Source: Bacteroidota bacterium (GTDB lineage: Bacteria > Bacteroidota > Bacteroidia > JABDFU01). Taken from it: DNA of 64,000 bases. Positions 37,871 to 47,500 of the stretch are shown piece by piece. The DNA lies in the NCBI GenBank assembly GCA_013286655.1, contig JABDFG010000005.1:9712-73711 (forward strand), written 5' to 3'. How positions within the stretch are numbered: the stretch's first letter is position 1; the number at the start of each line of letters is the position of its first letter. The notes below the pieces were generated by a model. That model saw nothing but the letters and a program-made list of their open reading frames with translations, was not told the DNA's origin and did no database searches. The translations under genes and the position numbers were made by a program.

Positions 37871-39046
37871 GACATTCTCAATTATCACAGCACTGGCTCC
37901 TCCTCCTCCATTGCAAATTCCGGCAGCTCCATATTTCGCCTTGTTTTGCTTCAGCACCTGGATGAGTGTTACCAGGATCCGTGCGCCGGAACAGCCCAAT
38001 GGATGCCCGAGGGAAACGGCGCCTCCGTTTACGTTCACTTTTGCTGCATCCAGTCCCATTTCCTTATTATTGGCCAAAGAAACTACCGAAAAGGCTTCGT
38101 TGATTTCGTAATAATTGATGTCGGCCATTTTTAACCCGGCTTTGGAGATCGCCTTGGGTATCGCTTTAGAGGGTGAAGTGGTAAACCATTCGGGAGCTTG
38201 CTCTGCATCAGCATATGACCTGATGATCGCTAAGGGTTTTAAACCTAATTGCTCGGCTTTTTCTTTGCTCATCAGCACCAGTGCTGCAGCGCCGTCATTC
38301 ATAGTGGAGGCATTGGCAGCTGTAACCGTTCCATCTTTTGTAAAGGCGGGACGCAATTCGGGCACTTTTGCAAAATTTACGTTTTTATATTCTTCGTCTT
38401 CTTTAATGATGAGGGGATCTCCTTTGCGTTGCGGTACTTCAACAGGCACGATCTCTTCACTGAATTTCCCGGCTGCCCAGGCCCCCTGAGAACGTTTGTA
38501 AGATTCAATGGCGTATGCATCCTGTTCTGCCCGGCTGATCTTGCATTCTGCAGCACATAATTCGGCCGCATTCCCCATGGGGTAGTTATGGTATACGTCG
38601 GTTAAGCCGTCTTTTGCCAAACCGTCGATCATGGTCGTATTTCCATATTTATTTCCCCAACGCAAGGTGTCTGTATAAAAGGGTACCTGGCTCATGTTTT
38701 CCATTCCTCCTGCCACGATTACTTCATTGTCTCCTAACAGAATGCTTTGTGCTGCCAACATAACAGCTTTCATTCCGGACGCGCAGACTTTATTAACCGT
38801 AGTGCAAATTACGTTATCCGGCAAACCTGCGAATTTAGCGGCTTGTCGGGCAGGAGCCTGGCCAAGATTGGCCTGCAGAACGCTTCCCATAAATACTTCA
38901 TTTACCTCTTTGGGGTCGAGTTTAATCTTCGCGAGAGCTCCCCTGATTGCAATAGCTCCTAATTTAGTAGCGGATATTGTTGATAATACTCCTCCAAAAC
39001 TTCCGATGGGGGTTCTCACCGCAGCAACAATGTATACACTTTTCAT
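37865..39046 (-). CDS. Acetyl-CoA C-acetyltransferase (thiolase II)
   Basis: MKSVYIVAAVRTPIGSFGG start (ATG at 39046). Active-site regions VNKVCASGMKA, NEAF and GICNGGGGASA. Confidence 0.9.
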   Translation of the reverse strand: MKSVYIVAAVRTPIGSFGGVLSTISATKLGAIAIRGALAKIKLDPKEVNEVFMGSVLQANLGQAPARQAAKFAGLPDNVICTTVNKVCASGMKAVMLAAQSILLGDNEVIVAGGMENMSQVPFYTDTLRWGNKYGNTTMIDGLAKDGLTDVYHNYPMGNAAELCAAECKISRAEQDAYAIESYKRSQGAWAAGKFSEEIVPVEVPQRKGDPLIIKEDEEYKNVNFAKVPELRPAFTKDGTVTAANASTMNDGAAALVLMSKEKAEQLGLKPLAIIRSYADAEQAPEWFTTSPSKAIPKAISKAGLKMADINYYEINEAFSVVSLANNKEMGLDAAKVNVNGGAVSLGHPLGCSGARILVTLIQVLKQNKAKYGAAGICNGGGGASAVIIENVL

Positions 39047-39143
39047 ACTTGAATTTGAGTTAAAATTTAAGAGGGTGAATTTACCTATTAAAGTTTCGGG
39101 TTCAAAGTTTAAACGCGTAATTTCGTTTTGCAAATAACCAGAA

Positions 39144-41204
39144 ATGCGATCGTTTTTTACCAAGCTATTCCACAATCATACGGGGACCTATAAGGTGACG
39201 GCTTTTGCATTTAGCATCCTGTTGATCGTTTGCGTTTTTCCCCATCAGGGGAAATTTAAGTATGACTTTCATAATTTAAAAGGGAAACCCTGGAACTTTC
39301 CGGATCTTATCGCCCCTTTTGATTTTGCGGTTGCTAAAAACAATGAACAGCTGAAAGCGGAAAAGGAGGAGGTATACCGGAATGCTAAAAATTATTTTAA
39401 GCTTGATAAAAAAATATACCCGCTCAAAAAACAGGAGCTCGAAAACGAATTAAATAAGCAATTCTCCGGAAAACCAGTTCATCTGCAGCAACAATTATCC
39501 TACCTCGCCAATTCGCTTTTTGATTCGCTTTACAAAAAGGGGATTATTCAGCTGAACGATGCGTTTGAAACCAAACCGCCTGACTACAGTATTTATGTAT
39601 TAACCGGGAATCTGGCGGAAGAACATGAACTGGGTGACTTTTTTACTGTTCAGACTGCGGATGATTTTCTAAAAGCAAAACTAAATGCTTTTAATTCAAC
39701 TGAAGTGAGCAAGTTGGTCCCGATCCTGGAAAACGCGCTCGCTCAGAATATTTCCTGGGACCGGGAAACATCGGAGAAGGAACTGCAACAGGAACTGGGG
39801 AATATTTCTCTTACTCACGGAGGTTTTGTAAAGGACCAGATTGTTATCCTTAAAGGGGAAATTGTGGATGCAGAAAAATTTATCGCACTTGAATCGTTAA
39901 AAGATGAATACGAACGGCAACTGGGTGGCAATGTGAACTATTTTTCAATCGTTATCGGGCAGGGAATTGTGGTTTCGCTTTGCCTGCTGGTTCTGGCCAT
40001 CTTTTTAATTATGTTCCGGAAGGATATTTTTCTGGATAATTCCAAAATAACGTTTATTCTGTTTCTTATTGTCCTGATGGTGGCATTGGCGAATGCATCC
40101 ATCAGCTATGATAAATTCAATTTATATGTATTGCCTTTTTGTATTCTGCCTGTTATCATCCGGGCTTTTTTTGACACGCGTCTGGCACTTTTTGCTCATA
40201 TCGTTACCACCCTGATCATTGCCTTCGTTTCTCCTAACCGGTTTGAATTCGTTTTCGTTCAGATTGTGGCCGGCATGATCGCTATTTTCAGTGTGATCAG
40301 TTTGCGCAACCGGTCCCAGTTTTTTCTGACGGCAGTCCTGGTATTTGCCGCTTACATTATTTCGTATATCGGCATCAACATTGTACAGGAAGGTAGTTTT
40401 ACCGGCATTAACTGGAGTGTTACGGGCTGGTTCGGTATCAGTGCATTGCTTACGTCTTTCTCCTACCCCCTGATCTTTATTTTCGAGAAAACATTTGGTT
40501 TTCTTTCGGATGTTTCTTTAATGGAATTGTCGGATACGAATAGTCCTTTACTCCGGGAGCTTGCTTCCAAAGCTCCGGGCTCTTTTCAACATTCGCTGCA
40601 GGTAGCTAATATCGCAGAAGAAGTTATTTATCAGATCGGAGGGGATCCTCTTTTAGTAAGGACGGGAGCTTTGTACCACGATATCGGGAAAATGGACTCC
40701 GCTGTTTATTTTACAGAGAATCAAACGGCTGAAATGAATCCTCATAACGATTTGAATTATGAAAAAAGTGCGGCCATTATTATCAACCATGTTACGTATG
40801 GTATTGAGCTGGCTAAGAAACATAACCTACCTCAGCAAATTATTGACTTTATACGAACTCATCACGGAACCACGTACGTTGGCTATTTTTATAAAATGTA
40901 CAAGAAGGAACACCCGGATGAAAAAATGGAAGAAGGCCGATTTCGTTATCAGGGTCCGACCCCTTTCTCTAAAGAAACAGCGGTACTTATGATGGCAGAT
41001 GCCGTAGAAGCGGCATCGAGAAGTTTAAAATCCTATAACGAACAAAACATCAACGAACTGGTGGAACGGATTATCAGCCACCAGATTGACTTGAATCAAT
41101 TTATCAATGCTGATATAACGTTCCGGGACATTACGACTATTAAGAAAATAGTGAAGAAAAAATTAATCAGTATTTATCACTTAAGGGTAGAATACCCGAA
41201 TTAA
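39144..41204 (+). CDS. 7TM-receptor HD/HDIG phosphohydrolase (PgpH-like)
   Basis: 686 aa with an extracellular N-domain, a 7-TM block and a C-terminal HD domain (HSLQVANIAE...YHDIGK...HH). Confidence 0.8.
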   Translation: MRSFFTKLFHNHTGTYKVTAFAFSILLIVCVFPHQGKFKYDFHNLKGKPWNFPDLIAPFDFAVAKNNEQLKAEKEEVYRNAKNYFKLDKKIYPLKKQELENELNKQFSGKPVHLQQQLSYLANSLFDSLYKKGIIQLNDAFETKPPDYSIYVLTGNLAEEHELGDFFTVQTADDFLKAKLNAFNSTEVSKLVPILENALAQNISWDRETSEKELQQELGNISLTHGGFVKDQIVILKGEIVDAEKFIALESLKDEYERQLGGNVNYFSIVIGQGIVVSLCLLVLAIFLIMFRKDIFLDNSKITFILFLIVLMVALANASISYDKFNLYVLPFCILPVIIRAFFDTRLALFAHIVTTLIIAFVSPNRFEFVFVQIVAGMIAIFSVISLRNRSQFFLTAVLVFAAYIISYIGINIVQEGSFTGINWSVTGWFGISALLTSFSYPLIFIFEKTFGFLSDVSLMELSDTNSPLLRELASKAPGSFQHSLQVANIAEEVIYQIGGDPLLVRTGALYHDIGKMDSAVYFTENQTAEMNPHNDLNYEKSAAIIINHVTYGIELAKKHNLPQQIIDFIRTHHGTTYVGYFYKMYKKEHPDEKMEEGRFRYQGPTPFSKETAVLMMADAVEAASRSLKSYNEQNINELVERIISHQIDLNQFINADITFRDITTIKKIVKKKLISIYHLRVEYPN

Positions 41205-41211
41205 TCGATTT

Positions 41212-41832
41212 ATGATTACTTACCTTATCATTGGTATAACTTCTCTTGTTTCTGTTTTAGCTTTCTCTAACCGTGAGCTATTGGGTAAGCTTCTGTTCAA
41301 TGCACATGCTGTTTACGCCAATCATGAATGGTACCGCTTGTTCTCTCATGGGCTGGTCCATGCTGATTTTACACACCTGTTATTTAATATGCTGGTACTG
41401 TATTCATTTGGCTCTAATCTTGAAAACTATTATTTCACGCAGTACTTTGGCGCCCATGCAGGGCTTGTATTCGGACTATTATATGTGACGGCATTACCCG
41501 CAGCAAATTTATACAGCTATTATAAGCACAAACAGGATTTTTCTTATAATGCACTTGGTGCATCGGGGGCTGTATCGGCAATCCTGTTCTCCAGCATCCT
41601 GATCAGTCCTCTGAGCTCTTTGTACCTGATGTTCATTCCCGTTCCTATTCCTTCTTTCATTTTCGGTTTCTGCTACCTCGCTTATTCCTGGTATATGGGA
41701 AAAAAGGGAAGGGATAATGTGGGCCATGATGCCCACTTCTGGGGAGCTGTGTATGGAATTGTATTTACGCTCGTATTGAAGAAAGAATTATTCATGCATT
41801 TCATTCACCAGGTACTTAGTTTTTCTTTATGA
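41212..41832 (+). CDS. Rhomboid-family intramembrane serine protease
   Basis: 206 aa. HADFTHLLFNM and GASGAVSAILF (GxSG) motifs, with a downstream His. Confidence 0.85.
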   Translation: MITYLIIGITSLVSVLAFSNRELLGKLLFNAHAVYANHEWYRLFSHGLVHADFTHLLFNMLVLYSFGSNLENYYFTQYFGAHAGLVFGLLYVTALPAANLYSYYKHKQDFSYNALGASGAVSAILFSSILISPLSSLYLMFIPVPIPSFIFGFCYLAYSWYMGKKGRDNVGHDAHFWGAVYGIVFTLVLKKELFMHFIHQVLSFSL

Positions 41833-42308
41833 ACAAAGCGATTTTTTTAGACCGGGATGGCGTGATCAACCGGGAACGGGGGTTTACTTATCGCCTGGAA
41901 GATTTTGAGATCTTGCCGGAGCTTATCGGATCGCTGAAAGAATTCCGCAAAAGAGGTTACCTGCTCATTGTTGTTTCCAATCAAAGCGGAATAGCCAAAG
42001 GTCTGTATACGCAGAATGATGTAGAACTTCTTCACCGACATTTACAGGAGGTTTTGAAAAAAGAAAACATTGCATTTGACGAGATCTACTACTGCATCCA
42101 TCATCCGGATGTAAGTAAATGCATTTGCCGTAAACCTGATTCCTTATTTATTGAAAAGGCGCTTGCACGATTTAATATAGATCCGGCACGTTCCTTTTTC
42201 ATAGGAGATAAACTACGCGACATAGAAGCAGCACAAAAAGCAAACGTAAAAGGTTTGCTGATAGAGGCCAATACTCCCCTTTCTGAAATTATGTTTGAAA
42301 TTCACTGA
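41829..42308 (+). CDS. gmhB: D-glycero-D-manno-heptose 1,7-bisphosphate phosphatase-like HAD-IIIA hydrolase (GmhB family)
   Basis: AIFLDRDGVIN, VVSNQSG, and the Zn-site pattern CIHHPDVSKCICRKP (C-x-H-x6-C-x-C). Confidence 0.8.
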   Translation: MNKAIFLDRDGVINRERGFTYRLEDFEILPELIGSLKEFRKRGYLLIVVSNQSGIAKGLYTQNDVELLHRHLQEVLKKENIAFDEIYYCIHHPDVSKCICRKPDSLFIEKALARFNIDPARSFFIGDKLRDIEAAQKANVKGLLIEANTPLSEIMFEIH

Positions 42309-42330
42309 ATTTATTAAATTCGTATCTGCT

Positions 42331-43197
42331 ATGTCATCCTTTGTAAACTATAATGGCAAACTGATTAAGTCGGACGAACCTCTGTTAAAGGTTGACAACC
42401 GTGCATTTCGTTTTGGTGATTCAACTTTTGAAACTATCCGGGTAATGGAAGGGCAAGCACTTTTCCTGAAGGATCATATTTCCCGGTTAATAAAAGGCAT
42501 TCAGGCACTCAAGATGGACATTTCCCCGGATTATACTCCGGAATTCTTTCAACAGCATATTACTGAATTGATTAAGGCGAATGCGATCTCATCGGGAGGC
42601 CGTATCCGCCTGACTGTTTACCGGAATGGAGAAGGGTTTTATACACCCGCCGAAAACTCCACTTCTTTCATTTTGGAAGCTTACCTGATCGAAGAAAATG
42701 AATATGTTTTAAATCAAAAAGGTTATTCCATTGACATTTATAACGAAGTAAAAAAGCAACAAAACAGTTTATCAGCTATTAAATCGGGAAATAGCCTTCT
42801 GTATGTCCTTGCGGGAGTTTACAAACTAAAACATGCGCTGGATGAATGCATACTGATGAATACCAAAGGGGACGTGATTGAATCGATCAACTCCAATATT
42901 TTTGCTGTTAAGAATGGCGTGCTTTATACTCCTCCTGTAGCAGAAGGGTGTGTGGATGGGATACTTCGCAAAAAACTAATAGAGGTGGCATTCAAAAATC
43001 GCATAGCGGTGTATGAGATCAACCTGGCTCAAAGTGTTTTACTTAGTGCGGATGAATTATTTCTCACCAATGTGATCAGCGGACTGCGATGGGTAGGCGC
43101 CTATAAAAACAAACGCTATTTTAATACGACGTCTAAATTACTTACGGAGCGACTTAATGAATATGTTGCGGCAAAAAAAGAGGCTCCCCTTGAATGA
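42331..43197 (+). CDS. Class IV aminotransferase fold protein (PabC/aminodeoxychorismate lyase or D-amino-acid/BCAT type)
   Basis: RAFRFGDSTFETIRV near the N-terminus is typical of the class IV family. The ATG at 42331 is chosen, with an alternative at 42295. Confidence 0.7.
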   Translation: MSSFVNYNGKLIKSDEPLLKVDNRAFRFGDSTFETIRVMEGQALFLKDHISRLIKGIQALKMDISPDYTPEFFQQHITELIKANAISSGGRIRLTVYRNGEGFYTPAENSTSFILEAYLIEENEYVLNQKGYSIDIYNEVKKQQNSLSAIKSGNSLLYVLAGVYKLKHALDECILMNTKGDVIESINSNIFAVKNGVLYTPPVAEGCVDGILRKKLIEVAFKNRIAVYEINLAQSVLLSADELFLTNVISGLRWVGAYKNKRYFNTTSKLLTERLNEYVAAKKEAPLE

Positions 43198-44594
43198 ATT
43201 TCTCTAATAAGCTCCGGGAACCTGTCATCATTATCCTGGCAGTTGTAGCGCTGCTATTTGCTCTATCCTTCGGAGATTCTTCCTTTATTATCCTGGGGCA
43301 TTCCTTTAAAAAAATCGATCTTTTAGCTGATGTGAAAACAAAGGATGCCGACCTTTATGCTCCTGCCACCTCTCCTTTGCTTAGGGATTCCATTCCCCAA
43401 CCGGATCGCGTCACCCCTGAAAAGAGAAAGGTTAATCCGGCAGCTATCTTTGATTTCGGGAACGATTCTCTTCCTGCATTGGCTCACTTTTTCGAATCTT
43501 TGGCTCAACTGCATCAACGAAAAAAGAAGACACGGATTGCTTACTTCGGGGATTCCATGATTGAGGGGGATCTCGTTACACAGGATCTGAGGACTTCCTT
43601 CCAGGATACTTTTGGGGGAACAGGAGTTGGATTTATGCCGATTACTTCTATTGTAGCAGGTTTCCGGCAAACTATTTTTCATACTTTTTCAGGAAACTGG
43701 CAAACCTTTAGTCTGCTGGATCAGCCGGCCGCCGATCATATACTTGGAATTGCCGGATTCGATTATGTTCCCGCAATTACTTCAACGACTGATTCAACGA
43801 ATCTCTCTGGCGAAAGCTGGGTCAGATACAGTGCCGTTTCCAGAAAACACCTGGACAAGTTTTACAATGTGAACTTGTTTTATGGGAAAAGCGAGGGTGA
43901 CAATAATTATGTATCTGCTGCCAGAAAAACAATGCCGCTAACCGGGACTTTGCCGGTTAATGAACTCTCTTTGGTGAAGGGTTCTCCCCTCCAAACAATA
44001 CAGGCATTTTTTCGGTGCCGGGATCGCGTGAATGTATTTGGATTCAGCATTGAGGGGGATAGTGGCATCTGCCTGGATAATTTTTCTTTCCGGGGAAATT
44101 CGGGTATGCCGCTTATTAAAATCCCTCTGCCGATTTTGTCCGGTTTAAATAATCACCTTGATTATGGATTAGTTATTCTTCATTATGGTGTCAATGTAGT
44201 GAATTATAAAGTAAATGATTTTTCCTGGTATGAAAAGGGTATGACGGAGGTTGTGAACCATATTAAATCGGCCATGCCCAATGCAAGTATTCTTATCATC
44301 AGCACTGGTGATAAAAGTTTTTACCAGGACGGTGCTTATATTACTGACCCTTCCGTACCTTTAGTCATAGCGGTTCAGAAGCGCGTGGCTGAAAAAACCC
44401 GAATTGCTTTCTGGAATCTGTATGAAGCTATGGGAGGGTACAACTCCATGGTTAAATGGGTGCAGGGGGATACGGTACTGGCCAATAAGGATTATACACA
44501 TCCCAATTTCAGAGGAGCGAAAAGAATAGCCGACCTGCTGTACCAGCAATTGATGGGTGACTATAAGGAGTATGTTAAGAAACAGAAGGTTTGA
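43194..44594 (+). CDS. SGNH/GDSL hydrolase-family protein (putative glycan O-acetyl transferase/esterase), N-terminal TM anchor
   Basis: 466 aa with block I IAYFGDSMIEGD. It is adjacent to a second SGNH gene and an MBOAT gene. Confidence 0.65.
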   Translation: MNFSNKLREPVIIILAVVALLFALSFGDSSFIILGHSFKKIDLLADVKTKDADLYAPATSPLLRDSIPQPDRVTPEKRKVNPAAIFDFGNDSLPALAHFFESLAQLHQRKKKTRIAYFGDSMIEGDLVTQDLRTSFQDTFGGTGVGFMPITSIVAGFRQTIFHTFSGNWQTFSLLDQPAADHILGIAGFDYVPAITSTTDSTNLSGESWVRYSAVSRKHLDKFYNVNLFYGKSEGDNNYVSAARKTMPLTGTLPVNELSLVKGSPLQTIQAFFRCRDRVNVFGFSIEGDSGICLDNFSFRGNSGMPLIKIPLPILSGLNNHLDYGLVILHYGVNVVNYKVNDFSWYEKGMTEVVNHIKSAMPNASILIISTGDKSFYQDGAYITDPSVPLVIAVQKRVAEKTRIAFWNLYEAMGGYNSMVKWVQGDTVLANKDYTHPNFRGAKRIADLLYQQLMGDYKEYVKKQKV

Positions 44595-45933
44595 AAGTTT
44601 GAAAGTCGAAAGTCGAAAATTAAAAATCAATGTGTGGATATTATTCCTATTGGCTATTGGCTATTATTCACAACGTCTATTTAGTTTTGTCAGAGTTCAT
44701 GAATACCTCGCTTCGCTTAGTATTTCGCTACTCGCTGTCTGCTCCTTATCCGCTCAAACAGACACCGTTCTTCCGAGGTATCCCTTCATTGTTCATGATT
44801 CCAGCCACGTTCGCAATGACGAGATTGCACTTCATCTGTTTTATGAAAAATTATCCCAATTGCAAAAAACGAAAGAGGGAAAACTGAACATTGTTCATAT
44901 CGGCGATTCGCATATACAGGCTGATTTTTTTTCGGGTGAATTGCGGCAGCATTTTCAACGGGAATTCGGCAATGCAGGCAGGGGCTTAATTTTTCCTTAC
45001 CGGGTTGCTAAAACAAATGAACCCTTGAGTTTTAAAACGTCAACGAATGTGAACTGGGAGGCAAAACGCAATGCTTTTCCGAAACAAGCGCTGCCAATCG
45101 GAGTAAGTGGAATAACAATTGAAACGACTGATACTGCGGCTGAAATAAAATTAACAGTAAAAGACCAGGAGAACCTGGATTATGGTTTTAATAAAATCAC
45201 CTTGTTTCATGCTAAGAGCGAAGAGAATTTCGATTTTGCGATTTATGATTCGCTTTACCGGGAGATTGCTTATGTTGATAACCTGAACGATAGCACCGAC
45301 AAATACAGCAATGTTATTATGCTTGACAAGCCCTATAAGCACGTTATTATTAAGTCTTGTCCCCGGAATACGTCTCAAACTTGTGCACGTATATATGGTA
45401 TGTTGCTGGAAAACAATTGTCCGGGAGTAGTGTATGACATGATCGGCGTTAACGGTGCTGAATACCGGCATTACAACCAATCTCAGTATTTCATAGAACA
45501 ATTGTCTGTATTAAAGCCTGACCTGGTGATTATTTCGATGGGTACCAATGAAGGTTATGCAATGGGTTTTGATAGTCATTTATTTTACCTGCATATTGAC
45601 AGCCTGGTAACGGCTATTAAAAGAAGTAATCCTTCTGCCTGTTTCCTGTTGACGACTCCCGGTGATTCCTTCCGACGCACACGCAAGGGCCGGGTCAAAA
45701 ATCCCGACATGCAGGAGGCTCGCAATACGATTGTGAACTATTGTCAGCAAAACAACATTGCCTATTGGGATCTGTATGAGGTGATGGGAGGATATGGTTC
45801 CATGCAAAAATGGTTTAAAGCCGGATTGACCGCGAAGGATCGCCTGCATTTTAATGGCAGAGGTTATGGGATACAGGCCGATCTGATGTATAAGGCTATT
45901 ATCTCCGGTTACACCAAGTATAAGAAAGAATAG
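44557..45933 (+). CDS. SGNH/GDSL hydrolase-family protein 2; start codon uncertain
   Basis: Block I is IVHIGDSHIQADF. The track start at 44557 would overlap the upstream gene by 38 nt and read through two repeat arrays. A signal-like segment, LASLSISLLAVCSLSAQ, begins near 44710, so the true start may be an internal GTG or TTG around 44632-44652. Confidence 0.6.
   Translation: MTIRSMLRNRRFESLKVESRKLKINVWILFLLAIGYYSQRLFSFVRVHEYLASLSISLLAVCSLSAQTDTVLPRYPFIVHDSSHVRNDEIALHLFYEKLSQLQKTKEGKLNIVHIGDSHIQADFFSGELRQHFQREFGNAGRGLIFPYRVAKTNEPLSFKTSTNVNWEAKRNAFPKQALPIGVSGITIETTDTAAEIKLTVKDQENLDYGFNKITLFHAKSEENFDFAIYDSLYREIAYVDNLNDSTDKYSNVIMLDKPYKHVIIKSCPRNTSQTCARIYGMLLENNCPGVVYDMIGVNGAEYRHYNQSQYFIEQLSVLKPDLVIISMGTNEGYAMGFDSHLFYLHIDSLVTAIKRSNPSACFLLTTPGDSFRRTRKGRVKNPDMQEARNTIVNYCQQNNIAYWDLYEVMGGYGSMQKWFKAGLTAKDRLHFNGRGYGIQADLMYKAIISGYTKYKKE
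44589..44625 (+). repeat. (GTTTGAAA)x2 (GTCGAAA)x2 short tandem repeats over the SGNH-1 stop codon
   Basis: GTTTGAAAGTTTGAAAGTCGAAAGTCGAAAATTAAAA, read directly. Confidence 0.8.
44647..44667 (+). repeat. (CTATTGG)x2 plus degenerate unit
   Basis: CTATTGGCTATTGGCTATTAT. This is a single-base variant of the CTATTCG family seen at 47480. Confidence 0.75.
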
Positions 45934-47435
45934 TGCATTTAGATTACACTAAAATACTTCATTCGTTAAGCTACGATGCAAAGAATCCTTTATTATTCAA
46001 CAGCGGTTTCTTTTTATTTTTCCTTTTCATCTTCTTTCTTTTTTATCCGTTTATTTATAAGCGTAAACTAACTCGTGTACTTTATTTTACATTTTTCTCT
46101 CTTTATTTTTTTTACAAAGCCTGCGGCCTCTATGTTTCCTTAATTGTTATTTCTGCAGTTGTTGATTTCAGTTTGTCGAACTGGATATACCGGGCTAAAA
46201 CCCCGGCTTCCAAAAAAAGCTTACTCCTTTTCAGCGTTGTCATCAATCTTGGAATGCTTTGCTATTTTAAGTATACTAACTTTTTTATAGACCTCTGCAA
46301 TGATCTGCAACTGGGACATCTTCATCCTTTGAAATTGCTCTTACCCATCGGAATTTCCTTTTATACGTTTGAAAATTTAAGTTATACGATTGATGTTTAC
46401 CGGGGAAAATTTAAACCGGTCAGCAGCTTCCTGGATTATTTGTTTTTTCTGTCGTTTTTTCCAAAACTGGTCATGGGGCCTATTGTCCGGGCATCCGACT
46501 TTATCCCTCAAATACGCCAGGATCTGGCAGTTTCTGAACAGGATATCGGCAGAGGTCTTTACTTAATTCTTGGTGGGATTTTCAAGAAGGTCGTTCTATC
46601 GGATTATATCAATATCAATTTTGTGCAGTATATTTTTGATGATCCAAGCCGTTATTCAGGAATTGAATCTTTATTTGCTGTGTACGGATATGCCCTGGTT
46701 ATTTACTGTGACTTTTCAGGTTATTCCGATATGGCGATCGGCATGGCGCAATGGATGGGTTTCAAAATTCCGGTGAATTTTGACCTGCCCTACCAATCAG
46801 CAAGCATTACCGAATTCTGGCGCAGGTGGCATATTTCCTTATCTTCCTGGTTAAAGGATTACCTCTATATCGGGCTGGGAGGAAATCGCAGGGGAAAAAT
46901 ACGGCAATATTTAAATCTGATGCTTACCATGTTGATCGGTGGCTTATGGCATGGGGCAAGTTTGAAGTTTGTTTTTTGGGGAGGGATGCATGGAGTGGCA
47001 TTAGCTTTTGATAAATTAGTGAAGGGATCAAAAAACAAATTAGTCCAGCGCCAGAATTGGAAATTGGAATCCCGCGTCTGGAATAAAATTGGTCGGCTGA
47101 TCGGCATCGTCATCACTTTTCATTTTGTATGTTTCTGCTGGATATTTTTCAAGGCCGCTACTTTTCACGATGCGATCACGATGATGTGTCAAATCGGCGA
47201 CAACTTTAACGGGAGCGCTTTCCTTCCTATGTTGAAAGCCTATCCGATTGTCTTTAGCCTAATGGCTTTAGGTTACCTGATACACTTTACTCCAAAATGG
47301 ATACAAGCAAAAACGGAGTGGCTGATATCGGAAATGCCGGTTGTTGGAAAAATAGCGCTCTTGTTTATTTTTATTTGGGCAGTGATCCAGGTAAAGCAGG
47401 CTGATCTGGTTTTGCCGATTTATTTACAGTTTTAA
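45933..47435 (+). CDS. MBOAT-family membrane O-acyltransferase (AlgI/PatA/DltB-like)
   Basis: 500 aa, polytopic. FWRRWHISLSSWL.DYLYI.LGG and GGLWHGAS motifs, including the conserved His. Confidence 0.9.
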   Translation: MHLDYTKILHSLSYDAKNPLLFNSGFFLFFLFIFFLFYPFIYKRKLTRVLYFTFFSLYFFYKACGLYVSLIVISAVVDFSLSNWIYRAKTPASKKSLLLFSVVINLGMLCYFKYTNFFIDLCNDLQLGHLHPLKLLLPIGISFYTFENLSYTIDVYRGKFKPVSSFLDYLFFLSFFPKLVMGPIVRASDFIPQIRQDLAVSEQDIGRGLYLILGGIFKKVVLSDYININFVQYIFDDPSRYSGIESLFAVYGYALVIYCDFSGYSDMAIGMAQWMGFKIPVNFDLPYQSASITEFWRRWHISLSSWLKDYLYIGLGGNRRGKIRQYLNLMLTMLIGGLWHGASLKFVFWGGMHGVALAFDKLVKGSKNKLVQRQNWKLESRVWNKIGRLIGIVITFHFVCFCWIFFKAATFHDAITMMCQIGDNFNGSAFLPMLKAYPIVFSLMALGYLIHFTPKWIQAKTEWLISEMPVVGKIALLFIFIWAVIQVKQADLVLPIYLQF

Positions 47436-47479
47436 GGATCATCGAGTAGCGAATAATATAAAAAAATGATGCTTTTCCC

Positions 47480-47500
47480 CTATTGGCTATTCGCTATTCG
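47480..47500 (-). repeat. CTATTGG (CTATTCG)x2 heptamer repeat forming the 3' end of the thioesterase gene
   Basis: On the minus strand, GAGCGAATAGCGAATAGCCAATAG encodes ERIANSQ*. The unit is the reverse complement of the (AATAGCG)n family at 27326. Confidence 0.85.

Noticed and set aside
44631-44640. TGTGGATAT, a near match to a DnaA box, between the two SGNH genes
   Set aside because: It is a single 8/9 match with no cluster of boxes and no AT-rich unwinding element, so it is most likely chance.
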